A program made the translations under genes and the position numbers. The notes under the pieces were generated by a model. The model had not been told where the DNA came from, ran no database searches, and was given only the letters and a program-made list of their open reading frames with translations. A stretch of 64,000 bases of DNA from Candidatus Hydrogenedentota bacterium (GTDB taxonomy: Bacteria > Hydrogenedentota > Hydrogenedentia > Hydrogenedentales > JAEUWI01), in the NCBI GenBank assembly GCA_034669905.1, contig JAXMOL010000016.1, forward strand, positions 78,358 to 142,357, read 5' to 3'. Positions 49,716 through 59,094 of the stretch are shown in pieces (position 1 is the first letter of the stretch; each line of letters begins with the position of its first letter).

Positions 49716-50714
49716 ATGGGAGTCCCTATCGTGGATATCCTGAATGACCGGTCCCAACTGGTCCGCCTCGTGCGTACCTATGGCAGCCACTCGCTGGCCT
49801 ATGCCACCCTTCAACCCCGCATGTCCTATTGGGGCGACGCGGAGCGGGGCTTTGTGGCCTACCGCAGCACCTTCGGCCAGACCACTTTCCTGGGCGACCC
49901 GATTTGCGCCCCGGAAGACCAGGCGGCCTTTCTGGAGCAGGTATGTGCGGCATTTCCCAGGGGCCTCTTCATGCAAATACAACGTCCTGCCGCCCAGTGC
50001 CTGAAACAACTGGGTCATTACATCACACCCGTCGGCGTTGAAAACGACATCCACACGCCGACCTTCACCCTCGTGGGAAAGCGCAAAGGCGATCTCCGTC
50101 ACTATCGCAACAAAGCTCAGGCCGGGGGCATTCTCGTACAGGAAGAAGCCGATACGGTAGCCCTTCGGGAGGCCCTGATGCCGGTCTGCGCGGCCTGGCT
50201 CCCCCTGAAATCCTGGGTAGCCCATGAGCTGGAATTCCTTGCCCGCCCTTTTCAGACGACGCCAGAACCAGGTACGCGGATATTTACGGGGCGCATCCAG
50301 GGGCACATCGTATCTTTCGTCGTGCTCGACCCCATCTATGCGCAGGAAGCTATTGTGGGCTACACCGTCTCTATACTCCGCCACCTGCCCCATGCACCCG
50401 AAGGGGCGGTGGACGCCATCGTGCTTCATGCCATCGGGCAGTTTGCTGCGGAAGGGATTCAGCGCCTGAGTCTCGGCGTAAGCCCCTTCCACCACATCGA
50501 GACCTTGTCCCGTGAAGAAGGGCGGGGCGCCCTCCCGGTGTATTGGCTCTACCGCGCCCTGCGCCGCTGGGGGGACCCCATTTACCATTTCCGCGGTCTC
50601 TCTTTTCACAAGAGCCGCTACCGTGCGGATGAAAGCCCCGTCTACACCGCAGCCCCGGGCCCCATCAGTCTCTGGCCCCTCTACGCCTCAGCGCGGGCCT
50701 GCCGGATGCTGTAG
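49716..50714 (+). CDS. stand-alone aminoacyl-phosphatidylglycerol synthase-like domain (DUF2156 / MprF C-terminal)
   Basis: GFVAY......LGDPIC, F.L.G....LR...NK, P.G..D, LSLG.SP and FRGL.FHK.RY motifs. No flippase TM region. Confidence 0.82.
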   Translation: MGVPIVDILNDRSQLVRLVRTYGSHSLAYATLQPRMSYWGDAERGFVAYRSTFGQTTFLGDPICAPEDQAAFLEQVCAAFPRGLFMQIQRPAAQCLKQLGHYITPVGVENDIHTPTFTLVGKRKGDLRHYRNKAQAGGILVQEEADTVALREALMPVCAAWLPLKSWVAHELEFLARPFQTTPEPGTRIFTGRIQGHIVSFVVLDPIYAQEAIVGYTVSILRHLPHAPEGAVDAIVLHAIGQFAAEGIQRLSLGVSPFHHIETLSREEGRGALPVYWLYRALRRWGDPIYHFRGLSFHKSRYRADESPVYTAAPGPISLWPLYASARACRML

Positions 50715-50979
50715 GCACCCCAATTCGCGCCGCCTGACGCCTTTTTTTGGGATAGTCCGCCCGCTTGACACCGGTCACTTTCGGCCACGAGACCGGGGGA
50801 GCATACACCGGGATTCCCTGAATTTTTTCCAATTCCGAGGTTTTTTAACCCTATTCACACTGTCAGAACGCGTATTTTGTGGAAACGAATTCCTTTCGTC
50901 ACGCTTTCGTTATGCTTTCCAAGGCACAATATGGGTGTCGAACGGGTAAGCCGTCAGGGCCCCCAGAAGGAATGAAACG

Positions 50980-51195
50980 ATGAGTTCACATAACTTCGAT
51001 TGGAGGAATGACGAAGAGCTTCCGGAGTTTCTCCGGTCCAGGATGCCTGTAAGTGTCGACGCCTTGGAAAAGTGGCTGGAAGACAACCACAGTCTCTGGA
51101 AACTCGGCATACACCTGGCCTCTACAGCCCATTACTACCGTCGTGAATATAAGCACGTACCCTTTAACAAGAGCGGGTGGTTTAGCCCGAACTAA
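50980..51195 (+). CDS. small hypothetical protein (71 aa)
   Basis: AAGGA upstream, AT-richer promoter-like region, downstream hairpin at ~51267-51290. Confidence 0.5.
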   Translation: MSSHNFDWRNDEELPEFLRSRMPVSVDALEKWLEDNHSLWKLGIHLASTAHYYRREYKHVPFNKSGWFSPN

Positions 51196-51376
51196 TATAC
51201 CAATCTTCCTCAACCCCTGCATGCCGCCGGTGACCTTAAGCACGATCCCCCCCCTCAGGTCCCGGCGGCACCCCTTTTTCAGGGGTGCCCCCCAAAAAAA
51301 GGACCCGCCACAGGGACAGACACACCGGACGGGTGATCAGCGCGCATCAATAGCGATGGTGCTGTATTCTGGGTAC

Positions 51377-51667
51377 TTAGAATAACTTGTCGTTGCCATT
51401 TCCATTGCCATTCTCGGCGCGACGGCTGGTGGCAGGGCGCTCGCGCACTTCGGGTTCCATGACATCCCGAATCTCCTCGATGTCTTCTTTTCCCGACTCG
51501 TATTCTTCCACCGACACGCTTCCGATTAATTCGACGGAGAGCCGGGTGTTGCGGCAGGTGAAACGAATTCCCGTGCCGTTTGCGAGAAGTTCGGGCTTTT
51601 CGAAGGTCTGCCACTTCTTGGCGGGTTGACCGCCCGACCACATGGTAATTGCATAGATTTTTCGCAT
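51377..51667 (-). CDS. hypothetical protein (96 aa)
   Basis: GGAGG RBS. Directly downstream of and co-oriented with the PilZ gene. Confidence 0.7.
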   Translation of the reverse strand: MRKIYAITMWSGGQPAKKWQTFEKPELLANGTGIRFTCRNTRLSVELIGSVSVEEYESGKEDIEEIRDVMEPEVRERPATSRRAENGNGNGNDKLF

Positions 51668-51688
51668 GGGGGTGCCTCCAGCTACAGC

Positions 51689-52168
51689 CTACAGCCCGAT
51701 CGTTTTGTCCAGACGGGCTAGAAAGGCCTTGATGTTGGATTGGGCATCGGCCTCCGCACGGGTAAACTGAATACCCAGCGCAAAGCCCTGCTTTTCCGGG
51801 ACGGCCTTGGTCCACCGCACCATCCCGACCGCCTTGATGTCCACGTTGGTTTCAATGGTCACCAGCACATTCATGACCGCACCGATCTCAAAGGCATCGC
51901 GGGTAAAGACCTGACAACCGTCTGTACTCAAGTCGAGCAAGCGCCCTTTGATGGGCTGGTCGGACATGCGCCAGTCGTTGGAGTGGGCGTCCCGGTGTCC
52001 CATGGGGATACTCAGTTGGACGCCGCAGGTGTGACGAATGGCCCGGCGCCGCTTATGACGGAGTTCGCGGTTAATCTCTCCAGCGGCCTGCTCCCGGGCA
52101 TGGCTCAACTGGCTGCGCAGGTTCCGATCAGACTCACGACGCACAAACTTCCGACGTTCTTCTTGCAC
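51689..52168 (-). CDS. PilZ domain (c-di-GMP receptor) protein
   Basis: RRRAIR (RxxxR) and DLSTDG (DxSxxG) motifs, G.VRW and G.QF. GAGGAG RBS. Confidence 0.88.
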   Translation of the reverse strand: MQEERRKFVRRESDRNLRSQLSHAREQAAGEINRELRHKRRRAIRHTCGVQLSIPMGHRDAHSNDWRMSDQPIKGRLLDLSTDGCQVFTRDAFEIGAVMNVLVTIETNVDIKAVGMVRWTKAVPEKQGFALGIQFTRAEADAQSNIKAFLARLDKTIGL

Positions 52169-52280
52169 TCTTTCAATCTCCTCGCCCTCTTTACGGCTTC
52201 ACCGCACACAGGCTCCCTGAATCTATTGTGCCTATGCACGGGAGTGGATACAACCTGACACGCACACCGTCGCGCTGCGG

Positions 52281-53300
52281 TCAGGCGTCGAGATACTGTC
52301 GGGCCGCTTCGACCACACGGGCCACCGAAATCCCCGTCATGCACCGGTGGTCTGTGGTGCAATGGGGTTTCTGGCACGGGCCACAGTCCACGTCGACCCG
52401 TATCACCTCCCCCGCTTCCCAGGGGCTGTCGGTATAGCGGGGCGACGTGGACCCCATAATGCAGACCACGGGCTTCTTAAAGGCGATGGCAATGTGTCGG
52501 GGACCACTGTCGTTTCCGATCAACAGGTCCACCTGCGACAGGGTGGCCTTAAGTCGCTCGATGGAGGGACGGCCCTCGTGACAAATAATGAGGGGTGATT
52601 TCGCTGCCGCAAGGACCTCGTCCCGCGTTTGCTCTTCCCCCGGTCCCGTCAGCAACACGCATTGGGCATTGCAGTCCGCCGCCAGGGCATCGGCCACGGC
52701 GGCAAAACGCGCGGGCAACCATTGCTTACTCGGACCGAAGGCCGCGCCGGGTGCAAAGCCCACGACTGGACGCGCCGGATCGAGGAATTCCTTTACGGCG
52801 TCCTGTTCTTCCGCAGTCGCGGCGAGTTCCAGACCGGCGCCATCGTCGGCCGCACCCAGGGCCTCCGCAAGGGCCAGGTATTCGAGGGCCGTGTAGCGGG
52901 GAACCCGTTTGCCTCCTTCGCGGTGCCGGGCCAAGGCCTTGGAAAGCAGGACACCCCGTCCCCCCCGTGCGAAACCGATGCGGTAGCGCGCCCCCGTCAA
53001 CCAGGCGAGCCAGGCCGTGCGAAAAGAATTGGGCATGATGACGGCCAAGTCCGGTTTGGGGTCTGCCAGCACGCGGGCGAGGGAAAAGGTCGAAAGGAGC
53101 CCGGGCCGATTGGGCAAGGGTACGAAGGCATCGACCGTGGGAATCCCGGCCAGCAAATCACAACAGGCGGATTTACCGGCGACCGTAATATGGGCGTCGG
53201 GATAGCGTTGTCGCAGGGCACGCAAGGCCGGCGTCGCCATGACGACGTCGCCCAGCCAATTGGGGAGGAAGATGAGGATGTGGCGCATTTCAGAGGGCAT
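52281..53300 (-). CDS. waaF: lipopolysaccharide heptosyltransferase II (GT9)
   Basis: PNWLGDVVMATP, PNSFR.A, PGAAFGPSKQW, NDSGPRHIA, C.PC....C...HRCM. Confidence 0.9.
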   Translation of the reverse strand: MPSEMRHILIFLPNWLGDVVMATPALRALRQRYPDAHITVAGKSACCDLLAGIPTVDAFVPLPNRPGLLSTFSLARVLADPKPDLAVIMPNSFRTAWLAWLTGARYRIGFARGGRGVLLSKALARHREGGKRVPRYTALEYLALAEALGAADDGAGLELAATAEEQDAVKEFLDPARPVVGFAPGAAFGPSKQWLPARFAAVADALAADCNAQCVLLTGPGEEQTRDEVLAAAKSPLIICHEGRPSIERLKATLSQVDLLIGNDSGPRHIAIAFKKPVVCIMGSTSPRYTDSPWEAGEVIRVDVDCGPCQKPHCTTDHRCMTGISVARVVEAARQYLDA

Positions 53301-53471
53301 CAAGGTCGACTTTCGGGGCCTGCAGACGTGTGGGTGAACGGTCCAAGTGTAGCATGGGCCGACCGCACAGAATCCATTCCCCGCCCGTGACCGAATAGAA
53401 AGCCGACTCGCGGGTAGTTAGAATGGGCAGCAACTTGCGAACTGGCAACAACCACAGGGGAGTCCAACACC

Positions 53472-53954
53472 ATGGCCAATCGAAAGATCTCCGAAGGCAG
53501 GCAAACACTTCATTTTATTGGGCTGGCGCTCATCGTTATTGGCATGCTGACGTTCCTGTCCACATTCGTTACGGCCGCGATGAATTTCGGTAACTTCAGC
53601 AATTTCGACGGCCAGGTCCAGTCATCCGCATTTCGGGCTATCGCCGGTATGATCATGATCATGCTGGGCGGCGTGCTCGCCAATATCGGCCGTGCGGGTC
53701 TTGCCGGTTCCGGCGTTGTGCTTGATCCCGAGCAAGCACGGGAAGATCTGGAGCCTTGGAACCGCATGGCCGGGGGCATGACCAAAGATTTTCTTGATGA
53801 GGCGGAAATTGATTTGAGCGGACTCGGGGCGGGTAGCAAGGCGGCACCGGATTTTGCGGACCAGTTGCGAAAACTGCATGCACTGCGGGAAGAGGGCATC
53901 CTCACCGAAGCGGAATACGAACGGGAGAAGGCGGAGATTCTGGAACGGAATTAG
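53472..53954 (+). CDS. membrane protein with C-terminal SHOCT domain
   Basis: Two TM helices and C-terminal QLRKLHALREEGILTEAEYEREKAEIL. Confidence 0.88.
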   Translation: MANRKISEGRQTLHFIGLALIVIGMLTFLSTFVTAAMNFGNFSNFDGQVQSSAFRAIAGMIMIMLGGVLANIGRAGLAGSGVVLDPEQAREDLEPWNRMAGGMTKDFLDEAEIDLSGLGAGSKAAPDFADQLRKLHALREEGILTEAEYEREKAEILERN

Positions 53955-54035
53955 CAACCACCGGCAGTGCCGGGGGTATGAGGGAGGCCCCTAAAAGGGG
54001 GCGATTTGTCAAAGAAATGGACGAAGCCGAAGCAT

Positions 54036-54269
54036 TTAGTCCCGTAGGGACGACATATCGTAGCCCAGCGGTGAAGCGAGGCACGAGCGGAACCCTGGGT
54101 AGACCGGACCCAGAAGAGCTGAACTCCGAAGGAGTGGCATAGGATAACCAGCCAAGTTCCCAACACTTCTATGCCACCCCTTCGGGGTTATAATTCTTTT
54201 ACATTCGAGCAATCCCAGGGTTCGCTTCGCTCACGCCTGGGCTACGATTTGTCGTCCCTACGGGACTAA
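54036..54269. repeat. 234-bp palindromic MITE/REPIN-like element family E
   Basis: Terminal arms TTAGTCCCGTAGGGACGACA.ATCGTAGCCCAG match 32/33 in inverted orientation. Inner arms (GAACCCTGGG/CCCAGGGTTC, GTGGCATAG/CTATGCCAC) also pair. Confidence 0.9.
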
Positions 54270-54469
54270 GAAAGAACATGGCACACACCGCCCAGTATAT
54301 GAATGCCAACAACTAGCTCAGGAACGGCAGAGCCGGTGGTTTAGCTTGGACAACTAAAACGATACCCGTTGCATTCCGGTCGATTTGCTACCGCATTCTC
54401 GTATTTCACCACGGAGTTCTCGCACGGCCACTCCACAGCGCACCAGCCCATATTCGCATGCGCGGTTGT

Positions 54470-54554
54470 CGTCTTCCTTGCGAAAACGGGAACTCAGAAA
54501 TGTGGCAACGTCATGATGTAAACCTACTGGATTCCCGCCTTCGCGGGAATGACG
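54470..54554. repeat. family-A doublet, left arm decayed
   Basis: Right arm CTGGATTCCCGCCTTCGCGGGAATGACG is intact; left arm GTCTTCCTTGCGAAAACGGGAACTCAG is degenerate. Confidence 0.75.
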
Positions 54555-54791
54555 CGCCACCTCACCTTGATTGCGACAATCAACTGCTCGAGTCCTTCCG
54601 TGGTCAGAACATGGGTTGTTGACCACGGAAGTCACGGAATTACACGGAAGGAAAAAGACAAGGACTGAAGGAATACGTATCGGCCAGGTCCCTATCGCCA
54701 TCCCTGGGGCGTACCGCGCTCATTATTCGTGTGCATTCGTGGTTCAAGTCTCCACTTTCTATACTCTGGACTCGAACAGGTAGGAATGCCC

Positions 54792-56285
54792 CTACCGCAC
54801 TTCCTCGATCCCCTTCTCCCCCTGAAAGCTCAGGAAGGTCTTGTCGGGCAGCAGTTCATAGTCGGTGCCGAAGTATTTGTTAAAGATAATTCGGAAGGTG
54901 TTGACCGGGGTGATACCTTCATAAAAGTCGCTGTAGTCGCCGTCGGGGAAATATATGGTGTTCAGCACGGCGGTGTAATCTTTGATGTATTCCTCTTTGG
55001 TCCCCTCCCAGGGGATGAGGTCGGCCCCTTCGGTGCTTTGCCAGTCGGAACGGCAGCCGTGGTCGCCCTGGATGATAATGATGGAGTTGGGTTGGCGCGC
55101 CTGGATGCGGTCGATCATGGTGAGGAAGCGCTCGTTGAGACAGATGGTCTCGTCGCGGAAGCCCTTATAGTAGGGCGGCGTTTCGGTGACGGGATTTCCT
55201 TCGGCATCGAAGGTGTGGGGCATGTGGGGCGACATCATGTGGGCGAAGACAAACATCGGCTTGTCGCCCCGTCGAATCTTGCCCAGCTCCTCCAACACAA
55301 AGAGCACCCGGTTGGCCTCGCCCGAACGGGTCATCCGCTCCACGGGCGATCGGAAGGGCGTCATGGCAATGTAGACCCGTTGTAACTCGGTGAGCACGAA
55401 GGTGTTTGGCTTCACGAAGCGTCCGTTATCAATCTCCGTGGCTGCCACGCCGGATGAGAAGGTTGGAAACTCGTAGCCATAGCTGTCGAGAAAATCCATC
55501 ACCTTGTTGTCCCAGATTTGCGCCACAAAGTCGGGGAGGGCATCGTTCCATTCGGCCTTCAGATGGTCAGGATCGAGGTAGTCGAGATTCATGGAAGACG
55601 CGAGGGACATCTGGGTCTTGGGGTAATTGGAGTAGCTTTCGTCCACGATATGAAACCCCCGCGCTTCCAGGGCATTCAGGAAGGGCGTGTTGTCGTAGTC
55701 GAAGGTTTCCAGGAGGACATCCGCCCGGGGGTAGGAATCGGGAATGATGTAGTAGATGTCGGGGAGTTGTGCCCGGTCCTCTTCAGAAAGCATCTGTTCG
55801 TTCTCGGCGAGGGGGGCCGCTTCCGGTACGTCCTGTTGCCACTTCGCAGCCCCAAAGGTAAGCAGGGGAACCAACACGAGACAGGCACCCACTTTGTTCA
55901 ATGCGCTCGTCACGGGGGCCAGATTGCGGTGGGTGCGCCAGAGCCAGACGAGGAGCGCCAGGCCGCCCAGGCCGAGGAGGGCGGCCAGCGCCAGGGGGAT
56001 GACCGGCGAATGGGCCCCATCGCGCAGGCCGGATTTCAGGCCGTCCACCAGGCTGCCGTAGGCGTGAAAGGGAATCCAGAACGCCGTAACGAGGAGGGCC
56101 ACCTTGTGGTGATTGCGCAGCAGGGCGTAGCCAGGACCCCAGAGTAGCAGGGCCACGCCCACCACCATGGCGAAGGGCAGGAGCACTTCCAGGAAACGCG
56201 CATCACCCACGTTGGTGCTGAGCAGGGAAAGGGCCGGAAAGATGCCGAAAAGAATGGGATAGACAGGGGGATTCCTGGGGAGCAT
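54792..56285 (-). CDS. membrane-anchored alkaline-phosphatase-superfamily (sulfatase/LtaS/EptA-like) protein
   Basis: About five N-terminal TM helices, then IYYIIPDSY, SNYPKTQMSL (Thr nucleophile position), HMMSPHMP and IQGDHG. GAGGGA RBS before ATG 56285. Confidence 0.85.
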   Translation of the reverse strand: MLPRNPPVYPILFGIFPALSLLSTNVGDARFLEVLLPFAMVVGVALLLWGPGYALLRNHHKVALLVTAFWIPFHAYGSLVDGLKSGLRDGAHSPVIPLALAALLGLGGLALLVWLWRTHRNLAPVTSALNKVGACLVLVPLLTFGAAKWQQDVPEAAPLAENEQMLSEEDRAQLPDIYYIIPDSYPRADVLLETFDYDNTPFLNALEARGFHIVDESYSNYPKTQMSLASSMNLDYLDPDHLKAEWNDALPDFVAQIWDNKVMDFLDSYGYEFPTFSSGVAATEIDNGRFVKPNTFVLTELQRVYIAMTPFRSPVERMTRSGEANRVLFVLEELGKIRRGDKPMFVFAHMMSPHMPHTFDAEGNPVTETPPYYKGFRDETICLNERFLTMIDRIQARQPNSIIIIQGDHGCRSDWQSTEGADLIPWEGTKEEYIKDYTAVLNTIYFPDGDYSDFYEGITPVNTFRIIFNKYFGTDYELLPDKTFLSFQGEKGIEEVR

Positions 56286-56588
56286 GCACAATTCCCTCAA
56301 ATACTATAAGTCCTTACTGCCACGACCCATATGTCGGGCTGAACAAACACGGACGGCACGATTCTCCACCACAAAAGACGTAGCACAGCCGCCGGCCGAA
56401 AATGAAAAATCAAACCACGAATGAACACCAATGTACACGAATTCTGTTGACCGTAAAAGTGCGGGGTGGCCTGTTACGCTTTCTGGTCCTTCGCAGCAAC
56501 GTAGCGGCCTACATAATCCTTCCGTGCACTTCCGTGGCTTCCGTGGTCATCACATTTAACTCGGCCCAAGGATGCGGACCGTGCGGGT

Positions 56589-57992
56589 CTATTCTGCTGC
56601 CTTCCGGCGCTTCATCCAATAGAGCGTCCGGGCGCTATCGACAATGGGGGCTTCCTCGAGCAGTTCAAAATGTTTGGCGAAGGCCCTTCGAAAATGTTCG
56701 ACCGTGTACCCGGGAAAAACATCGTCGCGGGCGGCGAGCATGCGGGTCACCATGCTGTCTTCTTTGGGCACAAATTCCACGATGAGATGTCGGCCCAACG
56801 ACGCGAGGAATGCGGCCACCTTCGGCAGGGGCACGTTGTTTCCGATACACAGGTGGTGCACCAGCGCAAGCGCCAGGACGCAGTCCACGGGACCGCGACG
56901 TTGGAGGCTATCCCGCTCCCGGTGGGCCCATCCCAGATCCGGACTGGGATTGCTCAGGTCGAGCAGGAGGGGCAGGATGCCTTTCCCTCCGGTCTTCTCC
57001 CGGGCATAGAGGGCCGAAATCGCCCCATAGTCCACATCAAAAGCCACACAGTGGGCGCCTGCTTCTGCGGCGAGCGCACTGTAGACCCCTGTATTGGCAC
57101 CCAAATCCCACACGGTCGCGGGCTTCGCCTGAGACAGAAAACGTCGCACTTCGTCGGCCTTGGACTGGGCGCTGGAATCGCTGTAGTTGGTATGGTCGTA
57201 GTAGTCGGCCCACGTGGTCGCCACCGTGCGCGAAGCCATCCCCGTGACCGCCCCCCGCAGGCTATCGAGGATGCCCCGGAGCCCTTGAAGGGACAGGGTG
57301 CTCGATTTGGCGGATTGCTCCGCTTCGGCACCACCTTCGGTAGAACGGTGCCTTTCCAGACGGGCCTGCAAATGAAGGTGCATCACGAGACCGGGTTTGA
57401 AGCGCGTGCGCCATGGCAAAGCACGGGAGGCGAGGGGCAGGGGCACGCCATCCAGGTGACTCCGCAAGAGCCCCCCCATCGCCGGGTCGACGTAATGCAT
57501 GAGGGCCAGGGGTGCGAGAAAATGACGACAGAATTGTCCATAGGCCACCCAGGGTTTTCCGGCGGTGTAGGGCTCCAAGGACAAGGTATCAATGAAGACG
57601 GGCGTCGCGCCGCGAAACTGAATGTTATAGGCGCTGGCATCTTTGAGGGTCATACCATGGTCCAGCGCGATTTCCTGAATCTGGAGGGTGAGCAGGGCCG
57701 CGTCACGCAACTGGGCCGCGCACCATTCGTAGGGGTACGACACAAAGGGCACCCGCTCCGGCTCCAACACCACCACCGCATCGTCCGTGCAGGAACGGCT
57801 GCGCGCCACTTCTTCGTGGGCCACGAGCAAGCCCGCCTCGGCCAGCTTGTCATAGAGTCCCGAGTCCATCAACTGACGGTAGTGGGCTTCGTAGACCGGG
57901 TTTACCTGGCGCAGGAGCACGCCCGCGTCATCGAGGTAGACAAAGCCGCTGGGATCGCGAAACGATGCGGACAGGGGTGCGGCTGGCGGCAC
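56589..57992 (-). CDS. NoeA-like protein: N-terminal kinase-like region + C-terminal class I SAM methyltransferase
   Basis: SFRDPSGFV start, SYPYEW, LKDASAYNIQF, FIDTLS. C-terminal VWDLGANTG SAM motif and ALALVHHL. Confidence 0.85.
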   Translation of the reverse strand: MPPAAPLSASFRDPSGFVYLDDAGVLLRQVNPVYEAHYRQLMDSGLYDKLAEAGLLVAHEEVARSRSCTDDAVVVLEPERVPFVSYPYEWCAAQLRDAALLTLQIQEIALDHGMTLKDASAYNIQFRGATPVFIDTLSLEPYTAGKPWVAYGQFCRHFLAPLALMHYVDPAMGGLLRSHLDGVPLPLASRALPWRTRFKPGLVMHLHLQARLERHRSTEGGAEAEQSAKSSTLSLQGLRGILDSLRGAVTGMASRTVATTWADYYDHTNYSDSSAQSKADEVRRFLSQAKPATVWDLGANTGVYSALAAEAGAHCVAFDVDYGAISALYAREKTGGKGILPLLLDLSNPSPDLGWAHRERDSLQRRGPVDCVLALALVHHLCIGNNVPLPKVAAFLASLGRHLIVEFVPKEDSMVTRMLAARDDVFPGYTVEHFRRAFAKHFELLEEAPIVDSARTLYWMKRRKAAE

Positions 57993-58150
57993 AAACAGGC
58001 TCCTGAGGTTGACGGTAAAAGGGCCCCATGTCGGGCCGTGGTATCTTTCCGTGTAATTCCGTGCGTTCCGTGGTCAACACGCTTGAATCGCGGACCACAG
58101 AAAACACCGAACGATACAGAAGCGTGACCGGGGTCGGCGGAGGGGCACCC

Positions 58151-59005
58151 TTACTTCGTAAGGTCGTCGTGCAGGGTGGCGAGCCAGCGTTCTTCGCTGA
58201 TAAAGCTCCAGCCCCAATCCTTGTAGGCTGCGGGCACACCCTTCGCCAGAATCGCTTCCAGGTTTTTGCCCGCCTTCACCTGCTCCTTCACCGAGGTGTA
58301 GCACGCATCAATCATCCCGTGGAAGGCCTTCAAGTCGGCCTTGGTCGAAAGCGGGCCATGCCCCGGAATGATTTTCACGTCGTCGGGCAAGTCCGCCAGG
58401 ACGACCGCCACATTGTCCAGGTAACCTTGCACGCTGCCATTCCGCCCCAGGTCGATGAAGGGGAAACGGCCACTGAAGAAATGATCGCCCATGTGGACCA
58501 CATTGGACCCCCGAAAGTAAATCACCGTGTCCGTATCGGTATGGCCGTTTGGGAAGTGGATAAGGTCAATGTCTTCGCCGTTGAAGTGGACGGAGACCTT
58601 GTTTTCATAGGTCACCACCGGCAAGGCCGATTTCGGCTGCTCATCATCGACCAGGCGCTTACGCACATTCTGGTGGGCAATGATAACGGCTTCCTTACCG
58701 AAGGCTTCGTTACCCCCGGTGTGATCACCGTGCACGTGGGTATTCAACACAAACTTGAGGGGCCCGGGGTTGATGTCCTTCAGGGCAGCGCGGATCTTCT
58801 GCTCTTCCGAGGCGAATTGGTCGTCGACGATGAGGAGGCCATCCTCCCCCGCAGAGACGCCCACGTTGCCGCCCTTGCCCTCCAGCATATGGATGTTGCC
58901 GGCCACCGCCGTGACCGTGAGGGCGTCCTGCGCACACGCACTGAGCGCGCCCAGACCAAACAGAAGGGATGACACGAGAATGGAAAAACGATGCGGTGTA
59001 GACAT
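58151..59005 (-). CDS. MBL-fold metallo-hydrolase (cyclase-like), exported
   Basis: NTHVHGDHTGGN, GHTDTD, HMGD, IPGHG; N-terminal signal peptide. Confidence 0.92.
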   Translation of the reverse strand: MSTPHRFSILVSSLLFGLGALSACAQDALTVTAVAGNIHMLEGKGGNVGVSAGEDGLLIVDDQFASEEQKIRAALKDINPGPLKFVLNTHVHGDHTGGNEAFGKEAVIIAHQNVRKRLVDDEQPKSALPVVTYENKVSVHFNGEDIDLIHFPNGHTDTDTVIYFRGSNVVHMGDHFFSGRFPFIDLGRNGSVQGYLDNVAVVLADLPDDVKIIPGHGPLSTKADLKAFHGMIDACYTSVKEQVKAGKNLEAILAKGVPAAYKDWGWSFISEERWLATLHDDLTK

Positions 59006-59094
59006 GATAGGAAATCTCCCGGAATGCTGCCAGCGTTAGGGTCGAATAGACACGGCTATTACCATGCCACGGAATGACGCGGGTTGCAAGATTC

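Noticed and set aside
56325..58038. Shared CCCA(TA)TGTCGGGC motif upstream of both cassette genes
   Set aside because: Too short and only two instances; could be chance in GC-rich DNA.
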